Shown one piece after another: positions 24,743-36,090 of a stretch of 64,000 nt of DNA. The notes below the pieces were generated by a model. That model worked only from the letters and a program-made list of their open reading frames with translations, searched no databases and was not told where the DNA came from. Made by a program: the position numbers and the translations under genes. Origin of the DNA: Marsupella aquatica (Eukaryota > Plantae > Marchantiophyta); NCBI GenBank assembly GCA_973895155.1, contig OZ316891.1:2099324-2163323 (forward strand), given 5' to 3'. How positions within the stretch are numbered: position 1 is the stretch's first letter; every line of letters starts with the position of its first letter.

Positions 24743-27700
24743 CTATGTACACCTAACTGGGGGCAATTGTATTGAGTAACGTTGGTAGGAGTGGTGGATT
24801 TTGGATTTTAGCCATCTTGCATCCTCTACATTGCAGCTCAAAATCAGACCCTCAGTTGACAGATCTGAAGAGTGCAGAAAAGAGGGACCCCAGGTGGGTG
24901 TACCATCTTCGATAGAATTTTGAGTAAGCCTCTCAACGTTAGAGCCATCCACATCAGCCGTGAAAATCTCTCCGTATGGTTGAAACATGAACGGTTGCGC
25001 GACTGGCTCACCTGAGTTCCCGGCAAGATCAGAGACAAAAACCAGCTTTCTGCTGTCAGGGCTGAATATGGGATGCACTGTCAGCCCTGCGTGGTCACTT
25101 TGAAGCACCTTATGCAGCCCTGTTCTATCAGGATGAATCATATAGATAGAGAAGCTACCCGCACCTGGATCCTCTCGATCCGAAATGAAAGCAATCCACT
25201 CACCACTGGGAGACCAGTTTGGATGCTGGTCCGTCCAAGGACCTTCTGTAAGTCGCTGGAGTTCTTTTCCTTCACCATGCACAGCATCCATAATGAAAAG
25301 ATTCTTATACCCGGATCTTATAGACCTGAAAACCAAATACTTCCCGTCAGGAGACGGAGATGGGAATGCATTGTTGCCGGTCTTCGTTAAGTCCTTCCAG
25401 TAAATCTTTCCACCTCCATCAACATTGTGCACAGAAATAATCTGTACAGGCTCGTCGAAGCCAAATTCTGGACCGTTGCTGGCATAAAGCACATTCTTTC
25501 TCTTTTTGTCCCAAGCCGGACTGAAAGCAAGCCCTGAAAATACCTTCTTTGCCCCACTCCCATTCGCATTGCTCACCCATATTCCTGAGGCACTTTCGGG
25601 CATTTCCTCTGTAGAGTCTTCAAAGTTCCGAACGAAAGCTAAGAGCGATCCATCTGGGGAGAATGTAGGAAAGGTACCATCAACCCTCACGAGAGCCAGA
25701 TCCGGTGAAGGAGATTGAAGTTCCTGCAGAAGGGGAATAACGGATGCTCCTCCAGTGTTTCCCCTGCAACGATGGTATCCCACGAAGCCCGAATAGGATG
25801 AGACAAATGGGTTGTAGTGATTTACGTTGGGAGAAATCTTTTCCGTGAGCTTTATGAACGAGTTCGACATCAAATCAAAGATCTCCACATGGCGGATGAG
25901 AGACCCTGGCCTGCGAGTTGCCACGGCTACCCAGGCAGCTCCTGGAAAGGCAGCTGGAGTAACAGCATGCACACCAGGTGGAGTTATCCTCTCCTCTTGC
26001 ACTATACCTTCGCCTGTGGATAAAAACGTTTCAGGCAAGGTAACTCGAAACACACTCCACCATCCATCTTCAGCTTGCCTATGGAAAAAGATTGTGTGTT
26101 CATCCGCCCAGGATGGCCAGCCTGCATGCTTGACCACCAGGACCCTGTTGGATCCATCGTTAGCTTTACACACATAGAGATCTGTCGAAAGTTCCTTCGT
26201 TTCCCCCTGGAACCCGCTTGCTGAGGATGCCACTGCTACCCACTTACCCGATGGAGAAACCGAAGGACTGAAGTCTGTGGTTCCTTTGGGTGTTAGCCTT
26301 GTTGTAATTTGTGTCTTGACGCTGGTCGAATAAACTGCGGCCCAGCTTTGTCTGGGGCTTTCATGTGGCTCTTTGGTTGACACATAGACAATGTTATCAC
26401 CAACAACAGACGGTCTGTCGAAGAAGGCCGGTCCATCCGAATGAAGACCAGCATCCAGCACGACACGACCAGTTTTTAAAAACTCGGTCTCCAGTATCTC
26501 CCTTCGTCTCGGGTGCTCACTGAACACGACTTTGAGAAAAAGTTCAGATTCCCGGGTGATTTGAATCTCGTTTGAGAAAATGTTGAAATAGATCCGAGCG
26601 CTTCCATCTCTCTCCGAGGCAAAGATCAGCACAGTGGAGTCATCCACAACTGTAGAAGACATGCGAGAGCCAACAAATCCAAATCAGCATGTGCATTCTG
26701 TTTTGTCTATGCAGCCTTCCATTACTTAGACTATTCAAATATATTTAAAAGACTAAGCATCCCCTTTGTCTATCCTTCAGTGGATAAGCGGTTGCACACC
26801 CAACCTTCCGATTGGCCACTGGAATTTTGTAGTTAGCTGATCAGGTTATAACTTTGATATGCCCATGAAAAGTTTACGCTACTGATCCTAAGCTATGGCT
26901 AGATGAAGGATTCCTGCTAGTTTTGCTGATTGAAGTTTGAGACTCGTGCAAACGAGAGTCCTGTTTTCCGACTGCGGTCTGCCCTTCTAGATCTCAAATC
27001 AATGCGCAGATGTCATTGGGTGAAGCAGTCTGTAACCTCGCTAAACGACTGCCTCTACAGTTTGAGAGTCCTGAAATTAAGTCGATTCCTAAGATTGAAT
27101 GACTGAGGATTAGCTGACTTCTAAATTTGCAATTTAGATTTGCTTCTTACCTGCTCGCGAATATAACAACCAGAATGAAAGTAAAATAATCTACAAGACC
27201 CCACAAATCTACCCGCAGCTGTTCATATTTGAGTCGTTTATGGCCCATTGCTATTTGGATTTTGAAACCTCCAAAAGGAAATGCTTTGAACTGTTCACCA
27301 TCGAACGAAGAGTAGACAATTGAAAGCCTAGAGATCAATGGCAATCGAATGTAATCTATGCGGAGAAAAACAGTCAATGATACATGGAAACGTCCCCAAG
27401 ATAGAGAAGGCAACACCAAAGAGAGGGCATACGGGGACAGGAGACGCTGGCATCTTACCGTTCACATCCTGACCTCTCACTCGTTCCAGAACGGCTAATC
27501 TCGCCTCTCCCTCCACAAGCTGCCCGTTGTAATTGATCGAGATGCCATCCGTCAGTCTGATCTCGTCCAGAACCCCAGCAGCAGAAAGAGCGCCACTACT
27601 GTAGTCCTTCGCCCAAAAGTCCGGCAGCTTCACAGCGAACAGATCGAAGGCGAAATGCGCCCTCCCGACCGAGGCAAAGGCAATCGTTCCTCGACTGGTC

Positions 27701-27852
27701 TCATGCTCTGCTCCTCCTCTTGCGACACTCCCGTTCCAGTCGTTTCCTCCTTCGCTTAAATCCGCTCCAGCAGCCACCAAGATCCAAATGCCAAGCCAGT
27801 GAAGCCCTCGTCCCCATGGCAGTACTTCTGGCAATCCTCTTCGCCGCCCCAT
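24743..27852 (-). CDS. TolB-like / DPP6-N-like PD40 beta-propeller protein with N-terminal hydrophobic segment, 2 exons
   Basis: Exon 1 27852-27459 (GTIAFASVGRAHFAFDLF..RLTDGISINYNGQ) is spliced in phase to exon 2 26649-24743. Exon 2 has many PD40 repeats: FSPSVSPSGKWV, FPTFSPDGSLL, FPSPSPDGKYLVF, HPNWSPSGEWIAF, HPIFSPDSRKL. Confidence 0.88.
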
Positions 27853-29688
27853 TTATTATCGTCAATTCTGTTCCACCTCAATGCGTCGAAACCTCACCAT
27901 GGCCTGGAAGCTCGTTGTGACAGAAACAGGGATGGTCCTCAGCTGGACCTGGGCTGATAACACTACCGTAGCTTTGTGCATAGGTTTCAGAATTTTAATT
28001 TGTATGAAACCTCACAGAAAAGGAAGAGTTATATATAATAGTCGAACCAAGACCTATGAGTCTCTACTCAATTGACCTATCACAAAGTCATGCCTCTTTG
28101 GGCAGTATTTAGAATTCTTGTTCAATTACTTTCATTCTGTGAAAGTTCATAATCACACTAAAACTATCCTATACTAGCGTTTCATTTCGTGATTCTTTTG
28201 TGCATCTTTGGAAAACAAGTGAAGTCAAACTTTCATTTTGCCTACAGCCTGTGGATAAGCGTTTCTGGTAGACAAAGTGAAATAATACACCACCTATTGG
28301 TTTTGGGTATTTTGTGCAGCCTTTGGTGTAGAGTGGAGACCTTATTGGTATTTGGTGTCATCTCTTGTGAGAGTGGGGGCCTTATCCCCCATTCAGTACT
28401 AGGACCTTATTGATATTTTGTGCAATTGCACTCTTTCGTGCAATGATTTTCTGTGGAGGGGCCTTATCCCCCACCTCAGCCACGCTCCACCCCCCTCCCC
28501 CCCCCAGGTGTATGTTGCACTAGAGGGGACTCAGGATTCATATAGGATACTCATCCTGGAACAAAAAAAGTTAATTTGTCCTATGCAGGAGATAAATGTC
28601 CTAATTTGGGAAGTGGGGGCAATGTGAAAGGGGATGAGTATCCAAGGGGATGGGTATCCAAGGGTATACCGCTGAACAGGGGTATCCAAGGCACTAGGTG
28701 TGAGGGGCATCCAATGTCAGGTCTACATTTTCAAAAGTGTATAGGGCAAGGGCAATAGGCTGTGGCTCCTCTCATTTGCTCTTGATGATGCGGCTGCGGC
28801 TGAACTCTCTGCTGGTGTCTCATTGTTGGATGTTGTTGTTGCTGTTGTTCATGGATGCAAGCTCACTCTCGTTGCTGGGCTCTCCCTCTCTGCTGCTGGA
28901 CTCGATCTCGCTCTCGATGGCTTGGTGGCTGCTGGCTCAAGTGGACTCGATGTTGCTCAATCGATGCTACTGGACTCGTTGCTGCTCGATGCTCAATGCC
29001 TATCGCTTGCTGGACTCGATAGCTGGAGTCGATGCTGCTGCTGCTGGACTTGCTTCTGCTGCCTCTGCTCGATAGTTGGACTCGATGCTGGCTGGCTCAA
29101 CTCAGATCAGATCAATAGCAGGTCAGCTCAATGGTGATCAGGCTGCGCTCAGCTCTATGGTGATGAAGTGAAGGTGATTGAGTTCAGGCCCAAAGCCTCT
29201 TGAAGGTGATTGTGTCCAGGCCTGTTGCTCGATGGTGATCAGGCTGCACTCAGCTCGGTGGAATGTGTCTCCTATGAAAAGTGCATTACACAGAGTTCCA
29301 ATGAAGAAAGAGGCTAAAGAAAAAGTTGTAAGATTTGATGATATTTTTGCAGAGACGAGGAAAGAAGCTTTGGAAACATGTTGACTTCTTGGAATAATTT
29401 GTTTGAAAGACACTTTGGCCATGCCAGATTCTAAGTATCTTGAGACCACTAATCTTTTAAACTCTGAAAAATGTGCAAATGCTAAGGTAATCTGTTTGTC
29501 CTATGATGATGATTGTGAGGAAGTGCCACCCAAGAAGATCAGCAGAATAGTTGTTTTGTACAAATCAATTTTTAAAGTGAAAACAGAGCCTACTAATGAA
29601 TAATGGAAAATTTTGGTTACATTGCTTTCTATTTGAGTTAAAGAGAGGGGGTGTGGGGTACTTTGCTTGGAAGACTGTCCGTTGGACA

Positions 29689-30093
29689 GTTCAGGGTTCA
29701 TTTCCCTGACAAAGTTCTTGAGATGTCCATAACAGCCAAAAAAAATTACCTACATTACATGGAGCTGGTTTGTGCGAAAAGTTGAAAAACAAATTTACCT
29801 ACATTGTTTGGGATTTATGAATATGGGTAAAATACAACCTTTAATTTTTCTTAGAGGGGTAAACAATTAAATGGAAAATAAAGATTTGTGGGTACTTTCA
29901 GGGTTCAATTCATTGACAAAGTTCTTGAGATGTCCATAAAAGCCAAAAACAATTACCTACATTACATGGAGCTGGTTTGTGCAAAAAGTTGAAAAACAAA
30001 TTTACCAACATTGTTTGGGATTTATAGATATGGGTAAAATACAACATTTAAGTTTTCTTAGAGGGGTAAACAATTAAAGGAAAAGTAAAGATG
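29689..30093. repeat. Tandem duplication of ~207 bp
   Basis: TTCAGGGTTCA..TGACAAAGTTCTTGAGATGTCCATAA..GAGGGGTAAACAATTAAA twice. Confidence 0.9.
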
Positions 30094-30276
30094 GGTTTTT
30101 TGGCAAAGGGGTTTCAAAATAGTCAAGAAGGCAATAATTTTAAGAAATGCCTTATTGCAAGAGCACATTAAGAGTTTAATTTTTGCAAAAAAAAAATAGG
30201 AAAAAAAAATGTAATTAGGGTTCACCATATAGCAATGTCGGTAATTTTTAGGGTTTGGATAAACACTGCCTAATTT

Positions 30277-30319
30277 AAACCCTAAAAACCCTAAAAAACC
30301 CTAAACCCTAAACCCTAAA
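30277..30319. repeat. Short interstitial plant telomeric (AAACCCT)n tract
   Basis: AAACCCTAAAAACCCTAAAAAACCCTAAACCCTAAACCCTAAA. Confidence 0.85.
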
Positions 30320-30847
30320 CACAACACCATACAGGCAAGTCCAGCCAATCCCTCTCCAACCCTACCTAACTCAGTAGTCAGGTTTGGATAAACACTGCCT
30401 AATTTAAACCAAGAACCCTCCACGTCTCCCAACTTTCCAACACCAACCAAACCTGAAGAAAATATTCAGCAAAGAAACATTCATTATATTTTATTTCAGG
30501 ACATAATATGCAAGGCTAGAATATTATTCTTCAGTCTTTTTCTCAATCCTAAAAACCAATGTATACACTGAAAAGTTAGTGTTTACAGAATTCTTGCAAG
30601 ATTTCATATGCACCCCAAAATGTTTGGTTAATGGGACCAAAAAAATGAACAAATTGTAATTTAAAAAATATATTTTTTTTATAATAATTTGTAATTTATA
30701 ATTTCTTGTGCAAACCCAGATGGGACAACGCTAGTCCATGGAAGTCCTCGTCCACTCTCCCACTGGAGTTCTTCGCTCCCGAAAGGCGGTCCATGAAACC
30801 ACCTGTGACCTCAGACCCCAAAAGACTCTCCGAAACCCGATGCTCGA

Positions 30848-30895
30848 AACCCTAAAACCCTCCAAATGCAGTTTGGGCAGTGTCGCTAAAACCCT
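30848..30895 (+). promoter_or_regulatory. Telo-box-like elements in the UTP15 promoter
   Basis: AAACCCTA at 30848 and further AAACCCT copies ~220-270 bp upstream of the ATG. Telo-boxes are established in promoters of plant ribosome-biogenesis genes. Confidence 0.5.
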
Positions 30896-31115
30896 CGTAC
30901 AGTGAACCATTAGCAGAGGGGAGATGGCCTAGACGATCTCAGGCTGAAGAAACAAATTCCGATTCCAAGATCGGTTGAAGAAATTCGAAGCTCTCCGAAT
31001 GGATCGTTGTTCTAGTTGATGAAGCGTCAGAAATCGATCAATACGATCTTCCCGGTGCGGAGGGGACCAAGCTTTCGGAGGAGAGGATTATTGGAAGCAG
31101 AAATCTGAGACGGCG

Positions 31116-34100
31116 ATGGCCGTGGCAAGCACACAATACGTGCCGGTGCGGCCAAAGCAGTACCCAAAGTCGCGTGATGCGCTCTCCGTGGACGCGAAAT
31201 TCTGGCGGTCGTTCAAAGCTCGGCCGCCTTCGCAGCAAATCGGTGCCGTCTCCAACATCCATTTCTGTCCGGCCCCTCCTCATGACTTTGCAGTCACCTC
31301 TTCCACTCGTGTAAGTCTCGCTTGTGCACTCCTCCTCTATCGCTGCATCTCGGCGGGCCTTTCGCTGTTTGCATGATGACACCGTCGTATTGGCTGAAAA
31401 ATGAGCAAACCCGCAGAAGTCTCTTGTTTGCAACTTGCTCTCTCAAGCTCTATGATTGAATGTCCATAGTGACAATATACGCTATTCTGAGCTGTTGGCT
31501 CTGTGGAAGACTTTAAACGATGAGAGCTCGATTAATGTAGGAGAGTTTGGGATTGGCCAAGACTGTCCTCTGTTGCTGTTGACAGGCTTTGGCTTTGTCT
31601 TGTCTGAGGAATTTATATATTGAAACGCAGTGTATGAAGATTTTGTCTTTCAAAGATGCATTCTAGTGCGGACACGGAGTCGTCCTGCAAAGCTCTATGA
31701 TTGAAACGTCTTAATGACAATATACGCTATACTGAGCTTTTTCGCTCTGTTGACAATGCAATAATGAGAGCTTCCATGACAGAGACCCCTTGTCATATTT
31801 GGTTTATGGCTTGATAGGTTATTGTAGGGTTTACTTGGAGTTGGTTTGATCATTTCAAAGGAAACTGGCGATGTTAGTTTCACAGAGCAAATATGCACAT
31901 TCCACAGATTTGTATCCCCTCGCCTTAAGAGGGTTATTATTCTACGAAAAGACTTTGGAAGCTGAAACAACGTATTCTTTCCAATTCCACAGGTCACAGT
32001 TTATGATGGAAAGACATGTGAAGTGAAGAAGACAATTTCGCGTTTCACCGATGTTGTAAGTGAAATTTGCTAGGCGATTTGAAGTCAGTTTTTACGCAGG
32101 TCAAGTAAAGATCGTTAATGCTGTTCTGTTGAACTAACGGGAAAGGCTGATTTTGACGGTAGGCATATTCGGGTGCCTTTCGTGCGGATGGTCAACTTAT
32201 CGTGGCAGGTGGCGAGACTGGCATCATACAGGTATGACATTTTATCAGTTCTAAAGTTTTCTCACCCGTCTCGCATCCCTCGTCTTGATTTATTAGGACC
32301 TTTTACGATGCTGCCAGTATGCTTTTTATTTACAAAATGGCCTGTAATTCGAAAAAGTGAGCATCTGCGGCCAGTTTACATGGATGTATTTCCTTTCCAT
32401 GGTTTTAGGTTTTGAGTGTTTACCGCTTTCCTGAAAGTGCCGAGATCAATGCAACACCCTAATTGGCTTTAGAAACCGTCCATCCTTAGAAGGAACTGGC
32501 AGTTCTTGTACTGTGATTGAATGGTGCAATCAGGTTTTTGATGCAGGTAGCCGGACAATTCTTCGGCAATTGAAGGGTCATAAAAGGTGGGTCAGTTTTA
32601 ATTAGCTGCCGTATCAATTTTTAGCGCTCAGAATATATTGCGACGTCTGTTGAATTCGTGACGTGTTTCTTGTTGATTGTAGATAGAAGTAGACGATTGC
32701 TTAAAGTCTTCCTGTGTTTGTTGTGGCCCTAACCCCCACACTCGGATTCTTCGGTTTGTTCTCTTCAACATATCAGTGTCGTAAATTGATTTATTGGGTG
32801 GATCTCAACAGGGCTGTCCATTGGGTGCGATATTCGCTCCAGGACAAGTTGCACGTGCTTTCAGCGAGTGATGACAATACTGTTAGATGGTGGGATGTTG
32901 CCTCGCAAGTAAGTGCAGCATTTGTTGTTCGCGCTAAAGATCGGAATTCAACTGGGAGCCTATTTGTTCACGTTCAAACTTGATTTGTATAGTTGCATGC
33001 ACCGATCATATCATCTCACCAATGTTGTCGGAGTGGTAACAACAGGAGCCAATTTTGGAAATGGAGGAACATTCTGACTATGTGCGCTGTGGGGCCTCCA
33101 GTCCTGCTAGTGCAGATTTATGGTATGTCACCTACGTTGGTGTTGTACCCAGAATATAGCGTCCAATTGTTGATTTATAAAACAGTCCGGGACCGCATTC
33201 CTGCTATCTTGTTGGGGGACACCGTCATACTGACAGTTGTAGTACTTGCTTTTTGCTAGGGCTACGGGGTCCTATGATCATTCTGTACGAGTCTGGGATG
33301 TCCGAACATCAAAGAGCATCCTTCAATTACAGGTCTTAATCTACAGCGAATTTCCTCATTACTATTTTCTCGTGCCTTAGGTCTTATGCATGTTTAAAGG
33401 GCGTATTGTCCTTGTTATTTCGCAAGAGCAAGTAAAATCTATGACGGTTGATATTGGGAAAGGCTAGTGAAGTACCAAAAGGGAGTTGGCGCTACTCTAC
33501 CTTAAATGTTAGTACCCCTAAGAGTGTCGCTGCTTTCTCTCGATTATGCAATTCCGGCTTGCGACAGTTTTTCTCTTTGTTACATGTTAGTCACATGATC
33601 TGGAATTTCTGAAAAATGGAGGATAAGCGAGCTTTTTCTTCGAATTTTAAATCACTATCTTTCCTGACTAGTACCTGAAATTCTGTAGCAAGAGATGATA
33701 GAATCTGGGTTGATGTGATAGTTGTTCAGACCACGCAAATTGAGATCTTTGCATGGTATGACTCCCGCCATCCGTAACTATCGATGCAATTCAGAACTCC
33801 TTCCTGTTCTACCCCCGGGCAGGCAAGAGGACTTGCTCGATATTTCAGAATACTGTGTGTTCCACCAGTAAAAGCATTTGAGTTGATGCAAGCAAAAACT
33901 CGTCCGGAGATTGTAGTTGAGGTAGTGAAGACTGAACTGATGCTGCCTTCTGCTCTGGCATGTGCAGCTGGTGGCTCTCACTCGTGGTTTGTCTGCAATG
34001 GCAAGCAATGAAGTGAACCTGACTGAGTAAGGTAGAGCCGAAAGTGTTATACATGTTAGACAGATAGTAAGCACGCAATACTCTACCCTCCTAGGAGAAC

Positions 34101-36090
34101 ATTAGAGGTTTGTTTATGCCTCTCGAAACCCTCGAATGGATGGGCTACACAACAATCTTGTGTGGTTTTAGTGGATGATAGACTTTTCCTTGAAGTCTAC
34201 CACCAGTAGTTGAGCACACTCGTTATTCCAGAGATAACAGTTATTTGCGTATTGCTTGCCTTTATTAGCGGTAAAGGTTTAGACAAAGAGAATGATTGTT
34301 TCCTGCTGTAATTCTTGTATTTCAGCATGGAGCTCCACTTGAAGATGTTATTTTCTTTCCCTCAGGAGGTTTGGTGGCCACTGCAGGTGAGAATTATCTG
34401 ACAGATGGGCTTGTGTTACATGCGTTTACAACAGTTCTAGGAAAGCTGCTTTCCAGTGAAGAGCATCTATGATCAGGTTCTTAGCGCCTTTTTTCTTCTT
34501 GATCTGCAGGTGGCACAGAGGTCAAAATATGGGACATTCTGGGAGGTGGGAGACTTTTACATGTGCTCGGTAGTCACCAGAAAACAGTGACAAAACTTTG
34601 CATCACAACACCCCAAGTTTCTGGATCAGGAATTATGGGCACTTCTCCCCGATTGCTCTCTGCGTCATTGGATGGCCATGTTAAGGTTTTTGAATTGGAA
34701 GGCTACAAGGTACTTATCTGTGTTTCTGGGAACGCAAGGATTTCTTATGCGTCAGAATATTTTATGTCAACACTCTAGCTCGTATTTTGATTCAGATTGT
34801 ATTTTTGACAGGTGACACATGCAGCCAGATACCCGGACCCTCTTCTATCGATGGACATTTCCCCGACATGTACAACGATGGCGGTAGGCATGTCATCGGG
34901 TAAGCTTACAATCCGTCAGCGTCCTAAAGCTGCTGGAAGAGAAGACGACCTCGAAGTCCCGTCCATACAGTTGTCACAACCTGGAGGCGACATCAGTACC
35001 AGGATACAAAAGCCATTGAACCCCAACAATTTCAGATACTTTCTCCGAGGTCGTTCCGAGAAAGCCTCAGTATGTTTTTCTCCCCTATCTGAAACAGAAC
35101 CTTTCTTTGCTAAATCTGATAGATAGTCTTTCACTATCTATTTATCATGAAATCTTCACTAGTATCTTCTGTTGTGGGTCGCTCAATTCTCGTGCCTGCG
35201 TCACTGGTCAACACTTGGTTGTAAGGCTGTAGTGGTAATGTGTGGACTTCCAACAGGAAAGTGATTACTTCATGGCTCGGCAAAAAAGACCCAGTCTCGC
35301 AAAGTATGATAGGTTCTTGCGTGCATTCCACTACAAAGATGCCCTTACTGCAGCTCTGAGCACTTCTGATCCAACTGTAAGTTGTGTGAAAGACTTTTCC
35401 AATTTCTTAAGTTCTTGTCCTTCAGGAGTTCTCGCTATATCTCTTGGCTTTTGTCAACTGTCGCTCTGACTATTGTTTGTTCTCAGGTGGTTGTGGCAGT
35501 AATGGAGGAACTCGTTGCACGAAGCGGCCTAGTCTCTGCACTTTCAAACTTGGATGCTCCCACCGTTGAACTTCTTCTTAGTTTTCTCTCGAAGTACGGC
35601 TTAAAACTTATTTGTGCATTGTGTTGTTTCGTGTCAGTTTGGTGTCGAGGCATGGCTTGCATGTGACTTGTTTCGAAAGATACTGGTATCTGCTTTCTAT
35701 TTGAGTATAGCTGTTTGCTCGCACTACTTAATGAATACGTTTCAATTTTGCAGGCACACTACCATCCCTAGATTTTCGAGACTCTTGGTCCCTGTCACTC
35801 TGAAAGTTATAGACTTGTATGCAAATATATTTGGGTCATCGCCAGCCATCCACCATCAGGTTAGATCTCTATGAAAATCATTTCGCAATGATGGGCTTGC
35901 TCTTTAGAAGGATCTATACTTGTAATGCACCAGAGCTGTATTTGCCATTCTTAACTGACTGATGAGTCGCATGCACGTGCAGGTTTCACTCTTGAGGGAA
36001 CGAGTAGTATTGGAAGTTAAATTGCAAGTGTCCTTGCAGGTCCTACAAGGAGTTATGCAACCATTGATACATGCTTCTGTGCAAACATGA
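31116..36090 (+). CDS. UTP15: U3 snoRNA-associated protein 15 / SLOW WALKER 1 (WD40 + UTP15_C), 14 exons
   Basis: Exons 31116-31310, 31993-32055, 32163-32231, 32534-32586, 32812-32908, 33046-33122, 33260-33332, 34326-34386, 34510-34709, 34812-35069, 35257-35376, 35487-35593, 35754-35859 and 35983-36090. Motifs include HDFAVTSSTR, FRADGQLIVAGGETG, HSDYVRCG, ATGSYDHSVRVWD, HQKTVT, NFRYFLRG and VVVAVMEELVAR. Confidence 0.92.
31446..31528 (+). ncRNA. Intronic box C/D snoRNA, U54/SNORD54-like guide for 18S rRNA, copy 1
   Basis: Terminal stem AGCTC/GAGCT, C-like box ATGATTG, guide AATATACGCTATT followed by D' CTGA, C'-like CTGTGGA and D-like ATGA. The guide is the exact reverse complement of conserved 18S AAUAGCGUAUAUU. 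Confidence 0.75.
31690..31773 (+). ncRNA. Intronic box C/D snoRNA, U54/SNORD54-like, copy 2
   Basis: Stem AAGCTC/GAGCTT, ATGATTG, guide AATATACGCTAT(A) + CTGA, CTGTTGA and ATGA. Boxes and guide are conserved with copy 1 while spacers and flanks have diverged. Confidence 0.75.
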
